In this document: positions 25,520-37,310 of the stretch, one piece after another
Layout of the letters: each line of letters starts with the position of its first letter
How positions within the stretch are numbered: position 1 is the stretch's first letter
Notes under the pieces: model-generated
Databases searched by the model: none
Told to the model about the DNA's origin: nothing
What the model saw: only the letters and a program-made list of their open reading frames with translations
Translations under genes and position numbers: made by a program
Origin: Pristiophorus japonicus
Taxonomy: Eukaryota
Direction: 5' to 3'
Length of the DNA stretch: 64,000 nucleotides
NCBI RefSeq assembly: GCF_044704955.1
Contig: NW_027254534.1
Location: 62,001-126,000, forward strand

Positions 25520-27421
25520 TTACAGAACAGTGTGAACTCGCTGGTGTGTCAGCAGAGTCAAGGACCGAGGGAATTCTTTCTCACACACAGAGCAGGTGAA
25601 CAGTCTCTTTCCCGCTCTCTCCAGCTGGTGTCTCTTCAGCTCCTGGGACCGTTTAAACTTGTTTCCCAATGCCCGAACGTTTCACTGGCCTGTTCCCAGT
25701 GTGAACTCACTGGTGTGTCCGCAGGTGGGTCAGCCGAGTGAATCACTTCCCACACACAGAGCAGATGAACGGCCTCTCCCCAGTGTGAACTCGCTGGTCT
25801 GTCAGCAGAGTCGAGGACTGAGTGAAGCTCTTCCCACACACAGAGCAGGTGAACGGCCTCTCCTCAGTGTGAACTCGCTGGTGTGTCAGCAGAGTCGAGG
25901 ATCGAGTAAATCCCTTCCCACACACGGAGCAGTGAAATAGTCTGTCCCCACTGTGATCACGCTTGTGTGCCATCAGATTCCCGAAGCTTTTAAAGCTCTT
26001 CCCACAGTCAGAACATTTAAAAGGTCTCTCATCGGTGTGAACAAGCTGGTGTCCTTTCAGATTCCCGGAGCTTTTAAAGCTCTCCCCACAAACAGAACAT
26101 GTGAACGGCCCCTCATCAGTGTGAACTCGCTGGTGTCCCTTCAGATCCCCAGAGCTTTTAAAGCTCTTCCCACAGTCAGAACATGTAAATGGTCTCTTAT
26201 CAGTATGAGTTCGCCGGTGTGTCATCAGGTGGGATGTCCGAGTGAATCTCTTCTCACACACGAAGCAGGTGAACGGCCTTTCCCCAGTGTGAGCACGCTG
26301 GTGTGTCAGCAGGGTGGAGGAGAGACTGAATCTCTTCTCACACACGGAGCAGGTGAACGGCCTCTCCCCAGTGTGAGCACGCTGGTGTGTCAGCAGGGTG
26401 GAGGAGAGACTGAATCTCTTCTCACACACGGAGCAGGTGAATGGCCTCTCCCCAGTGTGAGCACGCTGGTGTGTCAGCAGGGTGGAGGAGAGACTGAATC
26501 TCTTCTCACACACGGAGCAGGTGAATGGCCTCTCCCCAGTGTGAGCACGCTGGTGTGTCAGCAGGTTCCCGAAGCTTTTAAAGCTCTTCACACAGTCAGA
26601 ACATTTAAATGGTCTCTCGTCAGTGTGAACATTCTGGTGTGTCAGCAGGCTGGATGACTGTTTGAATCCCTTCCCACACATGGAGCAGGTGAACGGTCTC
26701 TGTCCAGCTCCCTCCAGCTGGAATTGCTTCAGCTCCTGAGACCTTGTAAAGCTTTTCCCACAGTCAGAATGTTTCACCAGCATGTCCCCCCCATGAACTC
26801 ACTGGTGCCTCAGCAGGTGGGATGACTGAATGAACTCCTTCCCGCACACGGAGCAGGTGAACAGAATCTCTCCTATTCTCTCCAGCTGATGTCCCTTCAG
26901 ATCCTGGGAACTTTTAAATCTCGTTCCAAAGTCAGACCATTTAATTGGTTTCTCATCACTGTGCATAAACTGGTGTCTCAGGAGGGTGGAAGAATAAGTG
27001 AATCGCTTCAAAAACACGAAGCAGGTCAACCGACCCTCATCAGAGTGGACATGCTGGTGTCTCAGCAGCACGGATGGTGCAATTAATCCCTTCCCACTAA
27101 TGGAGCGGGTGAACGGTCCCTCCCTACTGCAAATTCACTGGTGTTAATCGCAGCGGTGATCGAGTGAATCCCGTCCCTCACACAGGCAGGTGAATAGGCT
27201 CCCCCAGTGTCTCGGCGCTGGTGTCTCTTTGGGTACTTGTAGATTTTGAAGGTCTTCCCACACTCAGATTTAAAAGGTCTGTCATGAGTGTGAACTCGCT
27301 AATATGCCAGATGATTCGAGGACCGATTGAATTAGGTCCTGATGAATCGTGTGACTCTGTCAGATCTTGACGTGATGTTTGTTTTGAGTTTACAGTCGGT
27401 AAATGCTCCTCTTCTAAAACC
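25520..27421 (-). CDS. Tandem C2H2 zinc-finger gene or young pseudogene; 346-aa open core (25743-26783) with ~10 intact fingers and decayed fingers on both sides
   Basis: Repeated CxxC..HxxxH with TGERPF/TDERPF linkers; TGA truncation at 25743; stops in upstream fingers; acceptor TTTTACAG|G at 27421. Confidence 0.82.
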
Positions 27422-27429
27422 CTGTAAAA

Positions 27430-28808
27430 GGAGTGCAGATAAAATTCAATATAGAGAAGTCTGAGGTGGTCCATTTTGGTCGGAAGAATGAGAGACAATA
27501 CATTCCAAATGGTACAATGTTAACAGGATGGAAGAAGAGAGAGCACCTGCGGATGCCTGTGCAAAATTCTTGGGAGGTGGCAGGACAGGTTAACAAAGCC
27601 AGGAATTGATGCTCAATCTATATAAAACACTACTGCATCTCGCTCTCCAACCAGTATTCCGTTCTGAGTACTGGTGAGGGCGAGGAATATAGCCAGGGCC
27701 AAATCCATGTCACCACGAGTGGCTCAGCTGTACAGTGGGGGAGGGAGGAAGGAGGAAGATAGGAAAAGCAATAGTGGTAGGGACTTCGATAGTCAGGGGA
27801 GCAGACAGGTGTTTCTGCGGCCACAGATGTGACTCCAGGATGGTATGTTGCCTCCCTGGTGTTAGGGTTAAGTATGTCACTGAATGGTTGCAGAACATTG
27901 TGAGGAGGGAGGGTGAACAGCCAGAGGTCGTGGTCCAAGTTGGTACCAACGACAGAGGTAGAAACTGGATGAGATCCTGCAGGCATTATAGGGAGTTAGG
28001 AAAGAGATTAAAAAGCAGGACCTCAAAAGTAGTAATCTCCAGATTACTCCCGGTGCCATGCGCGAGCGAGTATTGAAATAGTAGGATAGAGCCGATGAAT
28101 GCATGGCTGGAGAGATGCTTCAGATTCCTGGGGCATTAGGACCGTTTATGTGGGAGGTGGGACCTGTACAGGCCGGACGGATTGCACCTCAACAGAGCCG
28201 GCACCAATATCCCTGCGGGGAGGTTTGGTAGTGCTATTGGGGAGGGTTTAAACTAAGTTGGCAGGAGGATGGACACCAGAATGTAAAATTATAAAGGAAA
28301 AACAAAGGGCACAAAGGATTGGGAGAGACGGATAGCACCAAAGCAAGAAATAGTAAGGTATTAGGTGGGGTCAGACTAAGAGAGAACACAGAATGGTCTA
28401 AGATGGGTTTATAGTGTATGTATGTAAACACATGAAGCATAGTAAACAAGGCTGGTGAGCTGCAGGGAATATGATGTCATGGCAATAACGGAGACCTGGC
28501 TCAAAAAGGGCAGGGTTGGGTATTAAATATTCCTGGATATAGGAGTTCAGGAAAGATAGGGAAGGACAGATAGGAGGTGATGTGGCAGTATTGGTTAAGG
28601 AGAATGTTACAATGCTGGAGAGAGAGGATGTCCTGGAGGGGTCGAGGACAGAATCTATATGGCTATGGTTAAGAAATAATAGAGGTTACACAATAGATGT
28701 ATTGTAAAGGCCACCAACTAGAGGGAAAAATATGGGACATGATGTACACCAGCACGGACACGATGGGACAGATAGCCCCATTCTGTGTCGTCATTTTTCT
28801 ATGATTCT
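27430..28808 (+). mobile_element. Old CR1 fragments: ORF1 esterase, ORF1/ORF2 junction and APE endonuclease start
   Basis: AIVVGTSIVRG..CCLPG..VGTND, DGLHL and ITETWL motifs. Confidence 0.85.
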
Positions 28809-28819
28809 AAGGTTTATAA

Positions 28820-29625
28820 AAACAGAAGAAATAGGAGCAGGAATAGGCCATAGGGCCCCTCGAACCTGCTCCGCCATTTAATACAAACATGGCTGATCTG
28901 ATCAAGGACTCGGGTCCACTTCCCTGCCCGTTCTCCATAACCCCTTAACATTTAAGAAACTGTCTATTTCTGTCTTAAATTTATTCAATGCCCCAGCTTC
29001 CACAGCTCTCTGAGGCAGAGAATTCCACAGATCCACAACCCTCTGAGAAGAAATTTCTCCTCATCTCAGGTTTAAATGGGCAGCCCCTTATTCTAAGATT
29101 ATTCCCTCTAGTTCTAGTCTCCCCTATCAGTGGAAACATCCTCTCTGCATCCACCTTGTCAAGCTCCCTCATAATTTTATATGTTTCGATAAGATCACCT
29201 CTCATTCTTCTGAACTCCAATGAGTAGAGGCCCAACCTACTCAACCTTTCCTCATAAGTCAACCCCCTCTTCTCCAGAATCAACCTTGTGAACCTTCTCT
29301 GAACTGCCTCCAAAGCAAGTATATCCTTTTGTAAATATGGAAGCCAAAACTGCACGCAGTATTCTAGGTGTGGCCTCACCAATACTCTGTACAACTGTAG
29401 CAAGGCTTCCCTGCTTTTATACTCCATCCCCTTTGCAATAAAGGCCAAGATTCCATTGGCTTTCCTGATCACTTGCTGTACCTACATATTAACCTTTTGT
29501 GTTTCATGCACAAGTGCCCCCAGGTCCCGCTGTTGCAGCACTTTGCAATCTTTCTCCATTTAAAATCATAACTTGCTCTTTGATTTTTCCTGCCAAAGTG
29601 CATGATCTCACACTTTCCAACATTA
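28820..29625 (-). mobile_element. CR1 3' portion
   Basis: ORF 28981-29472 RPHLEYCVQFW..LEFRRMRGDL; reverse-complement tail. Confidence 0.93.
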
Positions 29626-29649
29626 TGGGGGAGCAAATTTGCAGAGAGA

Positions 29650-30590
29650 TGCAAGAACTACAGCGGCACTCAGATTCCCCACACCAGGTGTGTAGGACGA
29701 TTCTATAGTAAGTTATCAGCATCCAGACACAACCCAAACCCAGCACTGGTCCATGAATGGGAACACCCGATTGGCACAGTCCTCCCATGGGACTACCTGT
29801 AAAACTCTGAATCGCGTCCTGGAATATAACCACAGGTGCCTGGGCTGTACAACAATTGTTCTCAGTCCATTGAAACCGAGTTGAGGGCCTGTGTCATTAA
29901 CAGAATGTCACAGTGACCAGATGCTGATGTATCTGAGCAAGCGACAATGTATCTCTCGATCACCAGCCACAGGATTCTGGAGAATTCAACACATCGAAAC
30001 AAAATAACCCATTTTTGAAATGTCTCCTTTCACACTCCTCCCCCGCTGCCTGCAATAGATACACTTTGCGACACTCCTCAGTCAGGCTGTGTTTCCACTG
30101 TTCACTGTCCAAGAACAGACACTGTGAGATTGGAACTGAATCAGGAACATTCACTACTAATTTGGGGGAAGAAAGCAGCACTGATTTGAAAGAGCGAGGT
30201 GATTTACTTTCTCTGTTACCTTACACTGTACACTCAGCCCAAGAATGGCCTCCCCCTTCCACCACTCACTCCATGTTCCACAACTAGTTCCTGCTCCACT
30301 CTGCCCCTTACAAACAGCCCCCGACTGCCGCTGAACTTACCCCGACACAAAGCCCATCTGTGGACACAGTCCCAATGCGATGAGCTGCTGGAAGGAGGCT
30401 TCTGTTTGCTCCCTTACTCGGGCCCGGGATATCTGCACTCCCTGATGTGTTCAACGATCATTAGCCGAGCACAGAGGAAACGGCAGCCGCTGACAGAGCT
30501 GAAGGAGGGGAGCTCGCCTGGGCCCTTCCCGTCGGTTTAAACACTGTGTGGGGAGGGGAGGAGCAGCATGTATTTAGCGCATGCTCAGAC
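29650..30590 (-). other. Duplicated promoter/leader-exon module, copy A
   Basis: Aligns by eye with 61315-62215 and 34980-35770; conserved minus-strand donor GTAAGG and acceptor CTATTGCAG. Confidence 0.7.
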
Positions 30591-30657
30591 CATCTTTTTG
30601 TCACAAATTAAATTAGGAAAAATGGGATTGTTTCACAAGTTGCTTTTATCACTCATA

Positions 30658-31930
30658 GGGCCCAAATTTCCACATGATTTGCACCTGATTTTTAGGAGCA
30701 ACTGGTGGAGAACGGACTATCTTAGAAATCGCAATTCTCCACATTTTTTTTTCTGCAGTTCTAGTCAGGTAGAACAGTTCTACTTTGGAACAGAATTTTT
30801 TTCTTCAAAAGGGGGCATGTCCGGCCACTGACGCCTGATTTCAAAGTTTCCACAGTGAAAACGTACGCCAAACTAAGTTAGAATGGAGCAAGTGAAGATT
30901 TTTTTAGAACTGAAAAAATCTGTTCTACACATTAAAAAATCAGGCGCAGGTTACAAATTAGGCGTCCAGAACGAGGTGTGGGGGGGGGGGGGGGAAGGGA
31001 AGTCATTAAATTCTACAATAAATCCTTATTTATACTTCTACAAATATTATACAAATAAATCCAACCTGAATAAACATTTATAAGCAAAGAAAAGATTAAA
31101 TAAACCATCTTCCTACCTGTGTGAAGGCACAGAGAATGCTGCAGTCAGCCTGAGGCGCCCGTTCTTCCCGCGGGGGGGGGGGGGGGGGGAGGAGAGGAGG
31201 CGCCCGTTCTTTCCCACGGGGGGGCGGGGGGAGGAGGCGCCCGTTCTTCCCGCAGGGGGCGAGGAGGCGCCCGTTCTTCCCGTGGGGGGGGGGGGAGGAG
31301 GGGGGGGGGAGGAGAGGAGGCGCCCGTTCTTTCCCACGGGGGGGCGGGGGGAGGAGGTGCCCGTTCTTCCCGCAGGGGGCGAGGAGGCGCCCGTTCTTTC
31401 CCACGGGGGGGCGGGGGGAGGAGGCGCCCGTTCTTTCCCACGGGGGGGCGGGGGGAGGAGGCGCCCATTCTTCCCGCAGGGGGCGAGGAGGCGCCCGTTC
31501 TTCCCGTGGGGGGGGGGGAGGAGGCGGCGCCCGTTCTTCCCGCGGGTGGGGGGGGAGGCAGTGAGAAGGCTGCAAGTGCTGATGTGCTGATGGCAATGTG
31601 CGTTTATTTAAAAAATTTTCAAAATTAAACAGCGACAAAGAACTACAAAAATGGCCGAGTGCCAATGTTTTTTTCACACTGCGCGTGCGCGAACGCTCCA
31701 ACACACAGCGTTGCCGGCAGGGAAAAAACTAATTAAAATAGTACCCGCCCCCTCCCACTTACAAAATCGGCGCGAGTGTAGGCTCCGCCCCCCTGGGCAC
31801 CGCGCCAGGCAGACAAAGAGCTGCAGAACGCTCCAGAATCGCGATTTTTTTTAGGCACCGTTTTAGGCGCGAAAAACGGGCGCCCAGCTCGGAGGGGCCC
31901 CCGTTTTTTATCGTGTGGAAACTTGGGCCC
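30658..31930. mobile_element. Non-autonomous TIR DNA transposon (PIF/Harbinger-like) with an internal GC-rich tandem repeat at 31155-31560
   Basis: 21-bp TIR GGGCCCAAATTTCCACATGAT vs rc GGGCCCAAGTTTCCACACGAT (2 mismatches); flanks ATA / ATT; no transposase ORF. Confidence 0.8.
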
Positions 31931-32024
31931 ATTAAATGGACCACATTGAGAGCATGTTAGTTATCATCCGAATTACTGAATAAACAATTGTGTGAGCCTG
32001 ACACTGGAGTAAGAGTGACTAACC

Positions 32025-32490
32025 TGTTCTATTCGTTCCGTCAGTCTCTGGTGTGTGAGTGTTTCCCTGTCAGTTTCTAATAGGCGGATGTGGGTTTTAC
32101 TTGCATATTATTGTTCAGATACGTGGATGTGGGTTTCATACTGTACCGGTCAGTTTCTGTGATGTGAATGTGGGTTTTATTCTGTACCTGTCAGTTTCTG
32201 GTATGTGAGTGTGGGTTTTATTCTGAACCTGTCATTTTCTAGTATCTGAGTGGGATTTATTCTGTATCTGTCAGTTTCTGGTATGTGTGCGTTGGTTTTA
32301 TTCTGTATCTGTCAGCTTCTGGTATGTGAGAGTGTGTTTTATCCTATATCTGTGATTTTTTTTCTCTCATTATATTGGATGAATGCGATTCAGAAATATT
32401 TTGAGTAGAGACGAGCTATTAGTACATAATATAAACCATATGTGTCTGTGGTACAGTGAGTGAGTGTGGGATTCATTCTGTATCTGTCAT
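32025..32490. repeat. Degenerate 41-bp satellite
   Basis: TTCTGTACCTGTCAGTTTCTGGTATGTGAGTGTGGGTTTTA; same family as 59943-60890 and 62340-64000. Confidence 0.85.
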
Positions 32491-32859
32491 AAATGCAAGT
32501 GTTTGTTGTTGCTGTAGAAATGAAGCTTTTCAGTTACTTATGGTGGCTAACATTTACGCAGAAGAAAATGTCAGAAGCAGCCTCGTGGATAACCATCAGA
32601 AAAGTGCTGTTACTGGTGAGATCACGATGTGCTCGATACAAACTTGGCTAATAACTCTAGAGGTGATGGAAAAGAAAGCAACATTTGAGCGAGATGAGAA
32701 AACATAATCAGCACAAGGAGCCCAATCAGAGAGCTGGTGGGCAAGAAGCAGTGAGCTCCTGTTTACTGCCCGATGCTATTTCCAAAACAATGGGGAAGAA
32801 CAGTCCCTGGATCTGTGAACTTGAGGAGGCCTTTCAGCACATGGAACCTGGAGGCAAAT

Positions 32860-34685
32860 CATACCTTCGAGCCTGTTACATAAGGAACAGGAGGAGGCCA
32901 TTCAGTCCCTTCGAGCCTGTTACATAAGGAACAGGAGGAGGCCATTCAGTCCCTCGAGCCTGTTACATAAGTAACAGGAGGTGGGCATTCAGCACCTCAG
33001 CCATGCTAATAAAGGAATTGATGGAGGCGATGCATCGACTGGATACTGTTACACAGGAATAGAGGCGGCCATCCATCCTCTGGAGCCTTTCACATCGGAA
33101 CAGGGGTAGGCCATTCAGACCCTCAAGCGTGTTATGTAGGAACTGGAGGAGGCCATTCAGCCCACCGACAATGTTATAGGAACTGGAAGAGGCCAATAAG
33201 CCAGTCGCACATGTTATATTGGAACTGGAAGAGGCCACTCATCCCATCTAACTTATTACACAGGAACAGGAGGTGGCTGTTCAGCACCGAATGTTGTTAG
33301 ACAGGATCAGGATGAGGCCATTCTTCCCCTTGAGCCTGTTACATTGGATCAGGAGGATGCCATTCTGCCCTTCCATTCTGTTATGTGGGAAGAAGAAGAG
33401 TCCATTCAGCCTCTCTAACATTAGAAACACAAGCAAACCACTCAGCCTTTGATTCTGTGACATGGGAACAGCAGGACGTTTTTCATCCCCTCGAGCTTCT
33501 TACATTAGGAACAGGAGAAGACCACTCAGTCCCTCGGGTCTGTTACATAGGAATAGGAGTAGGCCAATTCCACCCCTCGGAACTGTTAACCAGGAACAGG
33601 AGGTGACCATTCATCCCCTCAAGCCTGTTACAGAGGAATTGGAGGAGGCCATTCAGCCCCTCCTGCATGTTATATAGGAGCAGGAGGAGGCCATTCAGCT
33701 CTTCGAGCTTATTATATTAGGAACTGGAGAAAGCCATTCAGCTCCTCAAGCCTATTACATTAGGAACTGGAGGGGGTCATCAGCTCCTCGAGCCTATTAC
33801 GTTAGGAACTGGAGAGGGCCATTCAGCTCCTCGAGCCTATTACATTAGGAACTGGAGCGGGTCATTCAGTTGCTCGAGCCTATTACATTAGGAACTGGAG
33901 GGGGTCATTCAGCTCCTCGAGCCTATTACGTTAGGAACTGGAGAGGGCCATTCAGCTCCTCGAGCCTATTACATTAGGAACTGGAGGGGGTCATTCAGCT
34001 CCTCAAGCCTATTACATTAGGAACTGGAGGGGGTCATTCAGCTCCTCGAGCCTATTACGTTAGGAACTGGAGAGGGCCATTCAGCTCCTCGAGCCTATTA
34101 CATTAGGAACTGGAGCGGGTCATTCAGTTGCTCGAGCCTATTACATTAGGAACTGGAGAGGGCCATTCAGCTCCTCGAGCCTATTACATTAGGAACTGGA
34201 GAGGGCCATTCAGCTCCTCGAGCCGATTATATTAGGAACTGGAGAGGGCTATTCAGCAACTGGATTTAAAAAGCAATAGGATGATGCAATTCTGCCCCTT
34301 GGGTCTGTTACATTAGGAATAGGACAAAGGCAATCATCCCCATGGGATTGTTTCATGGGAACAGGAGGAGGCCATTCAGCCCCTCAAGCTTGTTACATAG
34401 GAACTGGAGGAGGCTATTCAGCCCCTGGAACCTGTTACATCAGAACTAAAGGAGGCCATTCATCCCATTCTAGCCTGATACATAGGTACAGGAGGAGGTC
34501 ATTCTGCCCCTAGAGGTGGTACCTATGAACAGGAGGAGGCCAATAAGTCCCTCGTGTTTATAACATTAGGAACACGAGAAGGCCACTCAGTATCTCCAGT
34601 CTGTTAATTTAGGAACAGGAGACGGTTATCAGCCCCCTCGGGCCTGTTACACAGGAATAGGAGGCGGCCATTCAGCACCACAAAC
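32860..34685 (-). repeat. 42-43 bp satellite (~40 units) derived from the CR1 3' terminus
   Basis: Unit TAGGAAC(A/T)GGAGGAGGCCATTCAGCCCCTCGAGCCTGTTACA is the reverse complement of the CR1 end AGGCTCGAGGGGC(C/T)GAATGGCCTACTCCTGTTCCTA. Confidence 0.9.
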
Positions 34686-34699
34686 ATGTTTAATTCGGA

Positions 34700-35770
34700 T
34701 AACCTGTCTGTATACCCGCACAGTGTGATAGGTACCGTACCTATTGTGTGTGAGAAGGAGCTGGTTGCACTGTTCCTTATGTCTCAGGTGGAGGAAACTT
34801 CACATTTGTTCTGGTTCCTTCAATTTCTTGCCTGTAGGAGGATAAGGTACCTCTGATCATTCAAGAACAGGAGAGGTAGAAAAGACTAAAGTGATGAATG
34901 TAATCGTTCAATTAATATTCATTATGAACATTCACAAAGGGAAGCCAGCGATACAAACAGTGTCAGTGTCTGACTCCACTGCAGTACTGCAGTACTGAGC
35001 TTCTGCACACCAAGTGTGTTGGGCAGATTTACAGCAATTTACTGACATCCAGACACAACCCAACCCCTGCTTCAGGAATGGGACTACCCGATGGAGCACG
35101 AACTTTTACACAGCTCAGATTGCTACTCCCCTCTCCCAGGGCACTAACCGTTCAACCAGAAACAAAGAGCCGCTGTTTAAAACGTGTCCTTCACATTTCT
35201 CACCCGGTGCCTGCAATAGATGCTCCTTGTATAAATCCTCAGTGTCCGGCTCTGCTTCCACCGCTCGTTGTCCAATGACAACAAACACAGTGAGACTGGA
35301 ACTAAAGCAGGAACGTTCACTACTGGTTTGCAGGGAGAAAGCAGCAATGATTGTAAACAGCAGATCCTTCCCATTCTGTCTCCCTTACCCGGGACACACG
35401 CTGTCCACACACAGCCCGAGAATGGTCTCTCCCTTCCCCCACTCACTCCACGCACTGAGACCAGTTCTTGCTCCACTCCGCCTGTTATACACAGACCCCG
35501 ACTCCCCCTGAACTTCCCCCGGACTCAGTGCCGATCTCTGAGCCCATCTGCGGACACGCTCCCAAAGCGATGTGCTGCTGTAAGGAGGCTGCTGCTCGCT
35601 GCCTTACCCCGAGACCGCGGTGTGTCCATTCCCGGCTGTTTAAACCATCTTCCGTTCACTGACTGAATGGCGCTCACAGGCTGGGCTGGGGGAGGGGAAG
35701 GCGCATGCGCTCTTCTGCTCACTGGAAATCGACTCAAGGTTCGGGGCTTAATCGCGCATGCGCAGCTCTG
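34700..35770 (-). other. Duplicated promoter/leader-exon module, copy B, with two perfect NRF1-type motifs
   Basis: Homologous to 61030-62215; GCGCATGCGC at 35701-35710 and 35754-35763; donor GGG|GTAAGG at ~35605. Confidence 0.7.
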
Positions 35771-36954
35771 CAATAATTCAGCCTTCAAAAAGCAAAGTGC
35801 ACTTTTCTCGATTTACTTTTATCAGAATCTGAGCAAAGGAACTGGGCCTGGGGGGCAAGGACAGAGAATGTTTAAAGCTGGGGGCCTTGCCCCTTTGAGA
35901 TGCTCAATTTGTGATCATTCCGTGCAGGGTTTTTTTCTCTTCGTGAGCCTGTCCTCACAAAGTAATCCTGCAGAAACATCGGAGGGACGGCAGAGTAGGA
36001 GTGTTTGCTGGAACTGTGCAGGAGTCAATATCTGACAGAAACTGTCCCAGTTTAATTTAATCAGAGTGAAACATTCGGTCACTGAGAGTAATACCGAACG
36101 GCCCTGAGCTGCAAGATTACAGAGAGTACAACAGGCAAGCGAGGGTTAAATGTGGGACCTTGTTTCTCTCACTCTCTGACACTGTTCCGCAGTGTGGGGC
36201 TAATAATGTGTCTGTCTGTGGTACAATATCAGTGAGAGAGGGGACTGCATCTTCTGTCCCTCCAATGGGATCTTTCAGGATAAAACCGGACCTCACAGGT
36301 CAGTCTAGAACTGATACTGTGCACGTTTCTGTGTCTCACCGTCCTGCCTCGCACTCCCCTGTCTCTCTCTCTCAGCCCACTCTTTCTCTCTCTGTCGCTT
36401 TCCCCTTTCTCTTGTACTGTCTGTGAAGGCGGGATTCTGTTATTTCGCGTGATGTGGAAACACTTATGAGTACAACACAATAGGAGCAGGGAGGTCTTAC
36501 TGCAGTTGCACAGGGCCTTGGTGAGGTCACACCTTGAATGTTGTGTACAGTTTTGGTCTTCTAATCTGAGGAAGGACATTCTTGCTATTGAGAGAGTGCA
36601 GCAAAGGTTCACCAGACTGATTCCCGGGATGGCAGGACTGACATATGAAGAAAGACTGGATAGAATAGACTTATATTCTCTGGAATTTAGAAGAATGAGA
36701 GGGAATCTCATAGAAACATATAAAATTATGACGGGATTGGACAGGTTAGATGCAGGAAGAATGTTCCCGATGTTGGGGATGTCCAGAACCAGAGGTCACA
36801 GTCTAAGGATAAGGGGTAAGCCATTTAGGACCGAGATGAGGAGAAACTTCTTCACTCAGAGAATTGTTAACCTGTGGAATTTTCTACCACAGAAAGTTGT
36901 TGAGGCCAGTTCGTTAGATATATTCAAAAGGGAGTTAGATATGGCCCTGATGGC

Positions 36955-37310
36955 GTCGGCGAGAGGTGCGTGGAGAGACAGTCGGGACTTCGGTGTGAGG
37001 CCTATAAAAGGCACAGCAGGGAGTCCAGGGCCCAGAGTCGGCGAGAGGGATGTGGAGAGGCAGTCGGGACTTCGGTGAGAGGCCTATAAAAGGCACAGCA
37101 GGAAGTCCGGGGCCCAGAGTCCGCGAGAGGTGCATGGAGAGGCAGTCGGGACTTCGGTGAGAGGCCTATAAAAGGCACAGCAGGGAGTCCGGGGCCCAGA
37201 GTCCGCGAGAGGTGCATGGAGAGGCAGTCGGGACTTCGGTGAGAGGCCTATAAAAGGCACAGCAGGGAGTCCGGGGCCCAGAGTCCGCGAGAGGTGCGGG
37301 GAGAGGCGTG
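36955..37310 (+). repeat. 82-bp tandem monomers in the CR1 5' UTR, each with TATAAAA
   Basis: CCTATAAAAGG at 37001, 37083, 37165 and 37247. Confidence 0.95.

Noticed and set aside
29795-29900. Possible coding exon with shared in-frame TGA (readthrough or selenocysteine idea)
   Set aside because: Differences between copies A and C are mostly non-synonymous in that frame; no SECIS evident
31096-31704. Proline-rich ORFs
   Set aside because: Translations of G/C runs inside a non-autonomous transposon
32860-34685. CRISPR-like regular array
   Set aside because: No unique spacers, no cas genes, eukaryotic context; units are contiguous tandem copies
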